This document shows, in pieces, positions 1 through 12,035 of a DNA stretch of 64,000 nucleotides; positions within the stretch are counted from its first letter, which is position 1, and each line of letters starts with the position of its first letter. Location: NCBI GenBank assembly GCA_964016885.1, contig OZ024743.1, forward strand, positions 49,786,001 to 49,850,000. The letters run 5' to 3'. The notes beneath the pieces are model-generated. The model made no database searches, was not told the DNA's origin, and worked only from the letters and a program-made list of their open reading frames with translations. A program made the position numbers and the translations under genes. The stretch is from Eledone cirrhosa (lineage: Eukaryota).

Positions 1-17
1 TCTGTCTGTCTATGTGT

Positions 18-72
<55 letters not shown>

Positions 73-262
73 TACACATTTGTGTATATATGTATATGTG
101 GTTACACACAGATTTATATCTGGGTACAAATGACTATATGATAATAGTAATAAGCAATAGCAAAAACTGATGATTGTGATGATGATGATGATGATGATGT
201 GAAGAAGAAGAAGAAGAAGAAGAAGAAGAAGAAGAAGAAGAAGAAGAAAAAGGAGGAGGAGA
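1..262. repeat. Compound microsatellites (TG)n, (GAT)n, (GAA)n
   Basis: Direct reading: TG run 1-70, GAT run ~178-199, GAA run ~201-248. Confidence 0.95.
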
Positions 263-544
263 AATAACGGCTGTTTAAAAGAGAGTGAAGATTAGTTGAA
301 ATGTTGAGTTATGTTTGTGAAGATATTGATTGAAATGTGTTGGAGCGGGATTAAGGGTGTGAAAGTCTCAGCTTTTACCGAAAAATGTTAAAATATAAAT
401 ATATTACTCTGTTTACATATAAAAGAAGAGGGAAAGGATATATTCTTTTAATGCTACAATATTACAGAAAATGTAAAGGAAGGGGTGAACTACTGAGCCA
501 ACACCAGAGCAAAAGACAGCAGCGAGGAGTACCGGGCAACCTCT

Positions 545-810
545 CTAATGATATTTGAGACAAGCCAGCACACTAGCAGCGTTGCCTCGGGTGATGCGCT
601 GGAACAACCAAGCGCCCTCGCGAGATTCGCCAGTTACCTCTATTAGGGGAGCTGCCAGTGAAGAGAGGAACCTCGCAGTCAGCGGCCCGATTTCCCCAAA
701 CGTCTCGAAAGCCTCAAGCTGAAAAATGTAGCTGGCCGACAGATCACAGTATTTGAGGGTCTTACTCCGCTCGGCTGCGGAAGCTGTGGCTCTCGTCCTA
801 ACCGCAGCAG
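545..810 (-). pseudogene. C-terminal fragment of a CRE-like (restriction-like endonuclease) non-LTR retrotransposon ORF
   Basis: The translation AAERSKTLKYCDLSASYIFQLEAFETFGEIG...GAWLFQR(..)ITRGNAASVL fits the KxxKY...ETxG...QRGNA C-terminal pattern of CRE-type RLE elements. The fragment is 5'-truncated. Confidence 0.7.
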
Positions 811-1160
811 TGGGAAATATTTCTCGAGAATTGATTCTAACCAATTCTTTCCGGTAAACAGAACCAAAACTGGCGATTTTTCTTCTAATTTTTTACTGAA
901 ATGCCAGGCATTACAGTAAAAGTGGACCAATATTGTCATTCATTGTCGAGTGTGTGTTATTTTATTCCTACTTGGGTCCACTGAAAACTTCATAGGCCGG
1001 ATTGGTGCTAGAGCTGTGAAATCTTGCATGTATTAATTTTCTGTTTCTTTCCAGATAAAAATAAACCTCATTTGGTCATTCCATGAGAGTATCTTGTATC
1101 ATTCCATGAGAGCAACATTGGGTCTGAAAGGTTAAATATACACAGAACCCAACTCCAATT

Positions 1161-1828
1161 GTGTGTCTGTCTGTGTGTGGGTGTATGTGTGTGTATGTGT
1201 GTGTGTCTGTGTGTGCGCGTGTATGTGCGTGTGTGTGTGTGTCTCTGTGTGTATCTGTGTGTGTGTGTGTCGTTATGGTGGTGGTAGTGGTGGTGGTGGT
1301 TGTGGTGGTGGTGGTGGTAGTGGTGGTGGTTGTGGTGGTGGTTGTGGTGGTTGTGGTGGTTGTGATGGTGGTGGTGGTTGTGGTGGTTGTGGTGGTTGTG
1401 GTGGTTGTGGTGGTGGTGGTGGTGGTGGGGTGGAAGTTGTGGTTACGGATTTGGTGGTTGTCGTTGTGGTGGTGGTAGTGGTGGTAGTGGTGTGGTGGTA
1501 GTGGTGGTAGTGGTGGTGGTTGTGGTTATGGTTATGGTGGTGGTGGTGGTTGTGGTGGTTGTGGTGGTGGTGGTGGTGGGGTGGAAGTTGTGGTTACGGT
1601 TTTGGTGGTTGTCGTTGTGGTGGTGGTAGTGGTGGTAGTGGTGGTGGTCGTAGTGGTGGTAGTGGTGGTGGTTATGGTGGTGGTAGTGTTGGCTGTGGTG
1701 GTGGTGGTAGTGGTAGTGGTGGTGCGGTGGTAGTGGTAGTGGTAGTAATGGTGGTGGTGGTGGTAGTGGTAGTAGTAATGGTAGTGGTGGTAGTGGTAAT
1801 GGTGGTAGTGGTAATGGTGGTGGTGATG
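1161..1828. repeat. (TG)n followed by degenerate (GGT)n microsatellite with an internal duplication
   Basis: The segment ggggtggaagttgtggttacgg occurs twice (~1427 and ~1578). The poly-Val/Gly ORFs are artefacts. Confidence 0.95.
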
Positions 1829-2144
1829 CAAGTCGTTTACATTGCTAAATCGTTTCGTTCCAGACTGCCTGTGTAAATGGGAAAATTATGCAAAAAAGAA
1901 CCTTATTGAATTTTTAAAGCACCATTATTATCGTTGACAAGCGAATAGGAGTGGAAAGTGTTTTGATTTGAGCTGGCGTTTCCATAGAAGTGACACTTAG
2001 ACGGCGCATGCTCAAGAAAGAACCACACTTGAAGTGGTCACGTCTAGAACATTCAGGTGAAATAAAATAATTACAAGAAAAGAAATATTTTCAGATAATT
2101 TTTCAGGAGAAATATTAGGGTTTTCAACTTGGCCATTAGAAATA

Positions 2145-2314
2145 CAGTGAAATTCCGTTATAACGAAATTCAAGTGGTATAAAAAAATTTCGTTATAACG
2201 AGATCGACCGAAACACTTCAAGTTTTTGTTTGTTATTACCTCGGAGATTGAAAAATATTTCGTTAAACTGAAAAATTCGTTGTAATGGTATTCGTTATAA
2301 CAGAATTTTACCTG
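2145..2314. mobile_element. Tc1/mariner-superfamily (Tigger/pogo-type) MITE, ~170 bp
   Basis: Termini TA|CAGTGAAATTCCGTTATAACGAA ... TTCGTTATAACAGAATTTTACCTG|TA form imperfect TIRs with TA on both sides. Internal TTCGTTA repeats are present. Confidence 0.8.
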
Positions 2315-2369
2315 TATAAAGTTGGTGAATAGGTGAATGGACCTTCGTCACATTCAACGATCACTGTTC

Positions 2370-2640
2370 CACTTGTTGAATTAACGTGTAAGTGAGCAGA
2401 GTATTTATTTCACATATACGTGTACAGTTAATGCAATTCTCAGGGAGATTCAGCGTAAAACACTGTGTAACAAAGCTGGTCCTTTGAATAAAACGATAAC
2501 AGGTATAGTCAATCTTGTAATATAGAGCAAATGTTTGAGTATTTCACAGACACGTGTACCGTTATCGTAATTCTCAGGGAGATTCAGTCCATCTGACGGG
2601 CTTCCAAACAGTTACTGTCTACCAAGTGTCACTCAGACTT
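2370..2640. mobile_element. Degenerate SINE fragments (tail segments, partly duplicated)
   Basis: ttctcagggagattcag occurs at ~2437 and ~2571, with a related segment at ~43335. gacgggcttccaaacagtt at ~2596 recurs at 43403. Confidence 0.5.
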
Positions 2641-2710
2641 ATGGTGTGAACTCGACCAAGCTACGACTCAGTGTCATCCAACTCAGACTTCGGTGGCCAG
2701 CTCAACTCAG

Positions 2711-2890
2711 AGAAATAATTGTTTCTACTTTTGGCACAAGGCCAGCAATTACTCCAGTGCATTACTGGTACTTTATTTTATCGACCCCGTAAGGATGGGC
2801 GGGATTCGAACTCAGAATGGCAAGGGCCGTAACTCTATGCGTCAAAGCATGGCGTCCGACCCTCTACCGATACTGCCAATCCACCGCCCT
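2711..2890 (-). mobile_element. tRNA-derived SINE (family A), internally deleted
   Basis: Reverse complement of the 6199-6732 units: B-box-like GAGTTCGAATCCC, core catccttacggggtcgataaaataaagtaccag, tail ggccttgtgccaaaagtagaaacaattatttct. Confidence 0.85.
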
Positions 2891-3108
2891 AACATGGCGT
2901 CCGACCCTCTACCGATACTGCCAATACACCGCCCTAATATGGCGTCCGCCCCTCTACCGATACTGCCAATCCACCGCCCTAACATGGCGTCCGACCCTCT
3001 ACCGATACTGCCAATCCACCGCCCTAACATGGCGTCCGCCCCTCTACCGATACTGCCAATCCACCGCCCTAACATGGCGTCCGACCCTCTACCGATACTG
3101 CCAATCCA
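2846..3108. repeat. 45-bp tandem repeat (6 copies) derived from the SINE 5' head
   Basis: Unit aacatggcgtccgaccctctaccgatactgccaatccaccgccct starts at ~2846, 2891, 2936, 2981, 3026 and 3071. Confidence 0.95.
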
Positions 3109-3164
3109 AAGCCCGTTGCCAACACAGAAATAATGCTCTTCAAATATTATTATTGATTGATTCC

Positions 3165-5535
3165 AACACCACACCACAACACTACCACACCACCACACCA
3201 CCACACCACCACACCACCATACCACCACACCACCACACCACCACAACACCATACCATTTACTATTAACCACCAAACCATTACACCACCACACCACCACAC
3301 CACCATTACACCACCACACCACCATACCACCATACCACCATACTCCCACACCCCCACACCACCATACCACCATACCACCACACCACCATACCACCACACC
3401 ACCATTACACCACACCACCATACCACTACACCACCACACCACACCACCACACCACCACACCACACCACCACACCACCACACCACCACACTACCACCACAC
3501 CACCATACCACCATACCCCCCACACCACCATTACACCACCACACCACCATATCACCACACCACCATACCACCATACCACCATACCACCATACTACCATAC
3601 CATTACACCACCACACCACCATACCCCACACCATCACACGACCATACCACCACACCACCATATCACCACACCACCATACCACCACACCACCACACCACCA
3701 CACCACCACATCACCATAGCACCACACCACCATTACACCACACCACCATACCACCACACCACCACACCACCATACCACCACACCACCATTACACCACACC
3801 ACCATACCACCACACCACCATACCACCACACCACCACACCACCACACCACCACACCACCATACCACCACACCACCATTACACCACACCACCATATCACCA
3901 CACCACCATACCACCACACCACCACACCACCATACCACCATACTACCATACCATTACACCACCACAACACCACACCACCATTACACCACCACACCACCAC
4001 ACCACCATACCACCACACCACCACATCACCACATTTCCACACCACACCACGACACCACCATACCACCACACCACCATACCACCACACCACCACACCACAC
4101 CACCACACCACCACACTACCACCACACACCATACCACCATACCACCATACCCCCACACCACCATTACACCACCACACCATCATATCACCACACCACCACA
4201 CCACCACCCCACCACCACACCATCACACCACCATACCACCATACCACCACACCACCACACCACCACACCACCATACTACCATACCGCCACACCACCACAC
4301 CACCACACCACCATACCACCGCACCACCACACCACACCACTACACCGCCACACCACACCACCACACCACCACACCACCATACTACCACACCACCACACCA
4401 CCACACCACCACACCATACTACCACACCACCACACCACCACACCACCACACCACCAAACCACCATACCACCATACCACCACACCACAACACTACAACACC
4501 ACCATACCATTACACCACCACATTACCACACTAGCATACCATTACCATTACACCACCATTACACCATACCATTACACCACCACCACACCATTACACCACC
4601 ATACCACTATACTACCACAGCACAACACTACAACACCACCATACCAGTACACCACCACATTACCACACTACCATACCATTACCATTACACCACCACACCA
4701 TTACACCACCATATCACCACACCACCATACCACACCACCACACCACCATACTACAATACCACCACACTACCACACCACCATACTACCATTACACCACACC
4801 ACCATACCACCACACCACCACACCACCATACTACCATACCATTACACCACCACACCACCACACCACCACACCACCATACCATTACACCACCACACCACTA
4901 CACCACCATACCACCACACCACCACACCACCACCACACCACCACACCACCATACTACCATACCACCACACCACCACACCACCATACTACCATACCACCAC
5001 ACCACCACACCACCATACTATCATACCACCATACCACCACACCAGCACACCACCATACCAGCATACCAGCACACCAGCACACCACCACACCACCACACCA
5101 ACATACCACCATACCACCATACCATTACACCACCACACCACCATACCACCACACCACCACACCACCACACCACCATACCACCATACTACCATACCACCAT
5201 ACCATTACACCAGCACACCAGCACACTGCCATACCATTACACCAGCACACCAGCACACTGCCATACTATTACACCAGCACACCAGCACACCAGCACACCA
5301 CCATACCATTACACCACCACACCAGCACACCACCATACCATCATACCATTACACCATCACACCACCACACCACCACACTGCCATACCAGCACACCACCAT
5401 ACCATCATACCATTACACCACCACACCACCACACCACCACACCACCACACCACCACACCACCATACCAGCACACCACCACACCACCATACCAGCACACCA
5501 CCATACCACATACCATTACACCACCACACCACCAA
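3165..5535. repeat. C/A-rich satellite of 5-8-nt units (ACCACACC, ACCATACC, ACCATTAC)
   Basis: Direct reading. The His/Thr/Pro and Val/Trp/Gly ORFs are artefacts. Confidence 0.95.
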
Positions 5536-6198
5536 CATCAGTTTACAGGCGATACTAATCCGGTTAAATCATCTTAAATTGCTTGTGAAATCTTCGAAGA
5601 ATACTTTATCAATGGTTGACTTGGTATTTACATTTCTTGTGATCAGCCAAGCAGAACCGAATGTGTAGTTTAATAGTCTGGCTTGATTAGTTGCAGACAA
5701 GCAGAGTTTAGTGACCGTGATTAATTAACTGTGCAGATGTTTGCTCAATGGATTCTACAACGAAATGGCAAACACCAGGTCATTGTTTGGCTTTGTTTAA
5801 CGAAAACACCTCATTTAAATATTTCCCCAACAAAATCGACCATCGAACTCTCAAAGTGAATTATTGCTGTTGCTGTCGTATTTGTCACGCGAAAACGTTT
5901 ATATTCGAAACAGACCTTAGACATAACGAAATGCCTCAAGCTGGTGGTTGTCATAGTAGCCAAAATAACTGATGCAGTGTTAACATCTAACCTTCTTCCA
6001 CCTCCGCAGAAATCTACAACTAGCACTCCCCCGCCACCACTTCCTGTTCATATTTGATTCAAGCTTATTAACTGTCTTGCCAGATCAGTAGTTGCCATCT
6101 TAAGAGCAGATATTCACACTATTTATACTCACTGTAGAAATTATTAAAATGCCTGCTAGGAAAGTATTAACACCAACGACATCAACGTTATTATTTCT

Positions 6199-6732
6199 GG
6201 CGGTGGATTGGCAGTATCGGTAGAGGATCGGACGCCATGCTTTGACGCATAGAGTTACGGCCCTTTATGATATGAGTTCAAATCACGCCGATGTTAACTT
6301 TGCCATTCATCCTTACGGGGTCGATAAAATAAAGTACCAGTAATGCACTGGGATAATTGCTGGCCTTGTGCCTAAAGTAGAAACAATTATTTCTGACGGT
6401 GGAATGGCAGTATCGGTAGAGGGTCAGACACCATGCTTAGCAGCATAGAGTTACCTCCCTTTATGATCTGAGTTCAAATCCCGCCGAGGTTAACTTTGCC
6501 ATTCATCCTTACGGGGTCGATAAAATAAAGTACCAGTAATGCACTGGTATAATTGTTGGCCTTGTGCCTAAAGTAGAAACAATTATTTTTGACGGTGGAA
6601 TGGCAGTATCGGTAGAGGGTCGGACGCCATGCTTTGACGCATAGAGTTACGGCCCTTGCCATTCTGAGTTCAAATCCCGCCGAGGTTAACTTTGCCTTTC
6701 ATCCTTACGGGATCGATAAAATAAAGTACCAG
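6199..6732 (+). mobile_element. Head-to-tail array of three tRNA-derived SINEs (family A), period 196 bp
   Basis: Copies start at 6199, 6395 and 6591. Each has an A-box-like TGGCAGTATCGG, a B-box-like GAGTTCAAATC and the core ttcatccttacggggtcgataaaataaagtaccag, which from recall resembles the Meta/MESC SINE core. The third copy is 3'-truncated. Confidence 0.9.
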
Positions 6733-7192
6733 ATAATTGACCTACACGTGAACTGTATTATAGACACCCTATATATTTCCGAGGGTACTTAGTACCTGTG
6801 GGGATATTGATCTCATTTTATGTAAATTCTCCCATGTGTAGAGAAAAAATCCGTTGTTTACCTAGCTGTTATTTGTAGTGGTGTGGCAGACAATACGTCT
6901 ATGCTACTCCCGCTTCTACTAACGACCAGTTCACGTGTAGGTCACGGTTACGGCCTCATTCGATCCTGCACTAGCTGGCTGAAGGCAATATATTTGCCGG
7001 CTGTGGGACTTTATGTCCTATGTAAGGGAAAATTCTTTCTGAAGAGCCGAACTTTCCATTGGAAGTCCCTCGGATTTCCAATCTTTTGTAAGGCGAAACC
7101 GTCGGTAAAAGCAATATGGATAGGTAAATATTTAAATATTTTTCGAATTTATTTTGAAAGATTGTTTGAATTTTACTTGTTCCGCTTATCTC

Positions 7193-7327
<135 letters not shown>

Positions 7328-7659
7328 ACTTCACAAATATCAAACCATACTTGAGAACACGCATTTCACCTAAAAAAAAATTTCAACTCGTGAACGGAAT
7401 TATTTTTGAACTGGATGGATTCTGCGCAGAAGAGGTCAGTTTTCATTTCAGTGTTAAGGGAGGTCATTCTAATTAGACTGTTATTGGAGAGAAGGGTGAT
7501 AACCTTTGAAGAACGATAGCTTGTGATAGTTTAGCCTGGGATATAGTCAAGCATCTGCTTATCCTGGGTCCTTCCAGTTACGTAATAAAACTATTGGAGG
7601 TGTCAAGACAGTTTGTGTAGCTTCTGTAAGATATTGGCTCCTTCATCGATGCACAACCG

Positions 7660-8863
7660 GCAATAAACCATCTTTACAATAAACCATCACCACAATAAAC
7701 CATCTCTACAATAAACGATCACCACAATAAACCATCACTACTATAAACCATCACCACAAAAAAACCATCACTACTATAAACCATCACCACAATAAACCAT
7801 CACTACAATAAACCATCACTACAATAAACCATCACTACAATAAACCATCACCACAATAAACCATCACCACAATAAACCATCACTACAATAAACCATCACC
7901 ACAACAAACCATCACTACAATAAACCATCACTACAATAAACCATCACTACAATAAACCATCACTACAACAAACAATCTCTACAATAAACCATCCCCTACA
8001 ATAAACCATCACTACAATAAACCATCTCTACTATAAACCATCACCACAATAAACCATCTCTACAATAAACCATCACCACAATAAACCATCACTACAATAA
8101 ACCATCACCACAATAAACCATCACTACAATAAACCATCCTTACAATAAACCATCACTACAATAAACCATCTCTACTATAAACCATCACCACAATAAACCA
8201 TCTCTACAATAAACCATCACCACAATAAACCATCTCTACTATAAACCATCACCACAATAAACCATCACCACAATAAACCATCACCACAATAAACCATCAC
8301 TACAATAAACCATCACTACAATAAACCATGTCTACTATAAACCATCACCACAATAAACCATCTCTACTATAAACCATCACCACAATAAACCATCACCACA
8401 ATAAACCATCTCTACTATAAACCATCACCACAATAAACCATCTCTACAATAAAACATCACCACAATAAACCATCTGTACTATAAACCATCACCACAATAA
8501 ACCATCACTACAATAAACCATCACCACAATAAACCATCACTACAATAAACCATCACCACAATAAACCATCTCTACTATAAACCATCACTACAATAAACCA
8601 TCTCTACTATAAACCATCACTACAATAAACCATCACTACAATAAACCATCTCTACTATAAACCATCACTACAATAAACCATCACTACAATAAACCATATC
8701 TACTATAAACCATCACTACAATAAACCATCACTACAATAAACCATCTCTACTATAAACCATCACTACAATAAACCATCACTACAATAAACCATCTCTACT
8801 ATAAACCATCACTACAATAAACCATCACTACAATAAACCATCTCTACTATAAACCATCACTAC
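7660..8863. repeat. 16-bp minisatellite, ~75 copies
   Basis: Unit aataaaccatcactac with cac/tct variants. Confidence 0.95.
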
Positions 8864-9039
8864 CTTTTGCTTCATTCCTCCGTTTCTTTCATTAAGTCTC
8901 TCAGTCGATTCACAGATTCCTCTCTGTTTCTATGGCAACTAAAATATATGTCAGTTTTTCAGAAGAGAATCCGAGAAATGATGTAACTCATAATCTTACA
9001 GATGATATCCAAAACTTAGTGGAATATTTCAGTTGTCGT

Positions 9040-9510
9040 ATCTGTATATCTACCAGTATGTCACAGTATATATTACAATATCTTTATATCTATAAATATA
9101 CCCCAATATCTGTATATTTATGGGGATAGCGCAATATCCTTATATCTATAAATATTACACAATATCTGTATATATATTAGGATATTACAATATTTATATA
9201 TACTACAACATCCACATATGGTGATATCACAATACTGTGTGTCTATAAATATACTACAATATCTATACATCTCTATTAATATCACTATATCTCTATATCT
9301 ATAAATATACCACAATATTTATATAAGTATGATACCACAATATCCCACTTTTGTTATATGTCTATATCACAGTATCTATATATTTATGATGCTCTCACAA
9401 TATCTATATATTCATAAATATACCACAATATCTATATATCTAAATGTCACAGTGTCTACACATTTATGGTGATATCACTATATCTATATATTTATAAATA
9501 TACCACAATA
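9040..9510. repeat. Degenerate AT-rich tandem repeat
   Basis: Recurring motifs ctataaatataccacaatatc and gatatcac. Confidence 0.6.
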
Positions 9511-9524
9511 CCCAATTTATTCTG

Positions 9525-9800
9525 CAGGTCACCCCTGACCTGCCAGTTTTGTGGGCTCTTTGCTTTTAGGTAGCCTCAAGTTGTAGATAACTAAATGATG
9601 ATCAGTTGACAGCTCAGCTTCTCTTTAACATGAACATCCAACACAGAATCAAAGAGATCAGAGACAATAACAAAATCAATTATTGATTTCTGTCCCTGAT
9701 TCCCCTTATACCATTTATATTTATTGATGTTTCTCTGCTGGAAGAAGGTGTTCATAATAGAAAATCCATTGCTACAATAAAAATCTAATAAAGCCTCGCG
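9525..9800 (-). pseudogene. RTE-clade (Rex3/Expander-like) AP endonuclease fragment, C-terminal part
   Basis: EALLDFYCSNGFSIMNTFFQQRNINKYKWY...KSIIDFVIVSDLFDSVLDVHVK is followed, after a frameshift, by ELSTDHHLV (gagctgtcaactgatcatcatttagtt on the minus strand). Confidence 0.85.
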
Positions 9801-9809
9801 GGTTTGTGA

Positions 9810-10290
9810 AATTACCAGATTGGTAACTGGCGCAAATAAGACCACCAAACCTGCATTATGTTGAGAGGAACGAAAACGATCCATACTGCATCGTCCTTTG
9901 CGCGGGTCAACAAGAGACGCCGACAAATATATTGCAGTCTCCATTTCATGCCGCAAAAACTAGCGATGGACCTGCGACATGTCCCAGAAGCACAAAGTTT
10001 GCGTATCCTGAGACTCCTAAAGAGGCTCCGGAAGGGAGCAAACCTGGACAATTGGAACCTAGAACATTACAACTCTTACAGGTAAAGAGCATGAACTAGA
10101 GGAGGAGGCTAGATATAGTAGAGAGTTTCCTCAACAAAGTTCCATGGCTCTGATACTGTTGATTTGAATGGTGGATGGAAACGCCCTAGGTGTGGCGCCA
10201 GAAATGACTGCACAAGCGGGAGTGGGGTCACTCTCAAGCCTCCGGCATGTGTTATTCACTGGATCCCATTAGGAGGACTCATTTGCTTCG
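9810..10290 (+). pseudogene. RTE-clade 5' region and AP endonuclease N-terminus, opposite orientation to the adjacent fragment
   Basis: From ~10052 the degenerate translation reads LGT*NITTLTGKEHELEEEA..LDIV..SSTKFHGSDTVDLNGGWK..GVAPEMTAQAGVG, the N-terminal pattern of RTE endonucleases. Confidence 0.75.
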
Positions 10291-10340
10291 GTCTTTTGTT
10301 TTCAGCATTGGAAGGTAGCAGAACAGTTTTCTTCAGTTCC

Positions 10341-11215
10341 GTAAGCCATCCCTACTCGACGTAAGCCATCCCTACTCAAAGTAAGCCATACCTACTCGAC
10401 GTAAGCCATCCCTACCTAAAGTAAGCCATACCTACTCGACGTAAGCCATCCCTACTCGACGTAAGCCATCCCTACTCAAAGTAAGCCATCCCTACTCAAA
10501 GTAAGCCATCCCTACCTAAAGTAAGCCATACCTACTCGACGTAAGCCATCCCTACTCAAAGTAAGCCATCCCTACTCGACGTAAGCCATCCCTACCTAAA
10601 GTAAGCCATACCTACTCGACGTAAGCCATCCCTACTCGACGTAAGCCATCCCTACTCAAAGTAAGCCATCCCTACTCAAAGTAAGCCATCCCTACCTAAA
10701 GTAAGCCATACCTACTCGACGTAAGCCATACCTACCTAAAGTAAGCCATCCCTACTCGACGTAAGCCATCCCTACCTAAAGTAAGCCATCCCTACTCGAC
10801 GTAAGCCATCCCTACTCAAAGTAAGCCATACCTACTCGACGTAAGCCATCCCTACCTAAAGTAAGCCATACCTACTCGACGTAAGCCATCCCTACTCGAC
10901 GTAAGCCATCCCTACTCAAAGTAAGCCATCCCTACTCAAAGTAAGCCATCCCTACCTAAAGTAAGCCATACCTACTCGACGTAAGCCATCCCTACTCAAA
11001 GTAAGCCATCCCTACTCGACGTAAGCCATCCCTACCTAAAGTAAGCCATACCTACTCGACGTAAGCCATCCCTACTCGACGTAAGCCATCCCTACTCAAA
11101 GTAAGCCATCCCTACTCAAAGTAAGCCATCCCTACCTAAAGTAAGCCATCCCTACTCGACGTAAGCCATCCCTACCTAAAGTAAGCCATCCCTACCTAAA
11201 GTAAGCCATCCCTAC
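10341..11215. repeat. 20-bp minisatellite, ~44 copies, with higher-order structure
   Basis: Unit gtaagccat(c/a)cctac followed by tcgac, tcaaa or ctaaa. Confidence 0.97.
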
Positions 11216-11614
11216 ACGTGCGTACCACCACATATTTACACACCCAGCCTCCGGAATCCTCTCCCCCACCCCTCTGACCCCTCCCCATCCACAAACGCAC
11301 ACACGCACACCGACCTACACCCCACCCCACACACACCTCTTCCTGAACATGCAACCCCGTTCTTCCCCCAACTCTTACTTTCACATACACACACACACAC
11401 ACACACACGTACACCTACACACACACACCACCTTCAGCCCTCCCCGCTCTGACAATCCGCCTCCCTCTCCCCACTCCACCCGCCACCACCCCTACACACC
11501 CCACACCCTTCCACCACCTGTTTTACTTCATGTTTATTTTTATTTTTATTATGCTTTTATATTTAATTTCATTTGTACCGGGGGACGACGTTTCGGGCAT
11601 AAGCCCATCCTCAG

Positions 11615-11618
<4 letters not shown>
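11214..11618 (+). mobile_element. Penelope-like element 3'-region fragment with an inverted terminal piece
   Basis: 11214-11580 closely matches ~46007-46362. 11581-11618 is the reverse complement of ~46442-46480. (TA)n follows. Confidence 0.85.
11582..11618 (-). ncRNA. Minimal hammerhead ribozyme motif (PLE type)
   Basis: Minus strand reads cac CTGAGGA t gggc-ttat-gccc GAAAC GTC gt: CUGANGA core, stem II, GAAA and a palindromic ACGT stem III. Stem I is very short. Confidence 0.65.
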
Positions 11619-11666
<48 letters not shown>

Positions 11667-11679
11667 TATATAGGACTGC

Positions 11680-11790
11680 GTTTCTGCAGTTTCCATCTAC
11701 CAAATTCGACTCACAAAGCATTCGTCAACCCAAGGCAATAGTAGAAGAGACTTGCCCAAGGTATCGTGTGTAGGGACTGAACCGAGAACC
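11680..11790 (-). mobile_element. Degenerate tRNA-derived SINE (family B, CORE-like)
   Basis: cagtttccatctaccaaatt..ctcacaaag..gacttgcccaagg..actgaacc resembles 43403-43495 and 49862-50005. The reverse strand has a B-box-like GGTTCAGTCC. Confidence 0.6.
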
Positions 11791-12035
11791 AATTATGTAT
11801 ATATATGTATAAACACATACACAAATGTATGTATATATGCATGTATATATGTATGTATATATATGTAAGTATATGTATATGCAAACACATCTACATATAT
11901 ATATATATATGTTACTAGATATGAATTCTTTATTATATATATATATATATACATACACGTACATAGAGTAAATACATATGTATGCATACATATTCATATA
12001 TTTAAATACATCAATAATATCAAATTGACCCTCAA

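Noticed and set aside
2693-3133. ORF with MASDPLPILPIHRPN repeats
   Set aside because: It is an antisense reading of the SINE and its 45-bp head repeat.
1161-5535. Poly-Val/Gly/Trp and His/Thr/Pro ORFs
   Set aside because: They are translations of (GGT)n and ACACC-type repeats, open in several frames on both strands.
5748-6190. Possible ancient PLE linker remnant (FKYFPNKIDHRTLKVNYCC; KCLLGK)
   Set aside because: The resemblance is limited to a few residues in broken frames and is not supportable without a profile search.
6199-6295. tRNA gene
   Set aside because: A/B boxes are present but run straight into a SINE core and tail, repeated at several loci. It is a SINE head, not a tRNA.
10341-11215. 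CRISPR-like appearance of regular 20-bp repeats (also 40453-42078)
   Set aside because: The units are contiguous with no unique spacers, there are no cas genes, and the context is eukaryotic.
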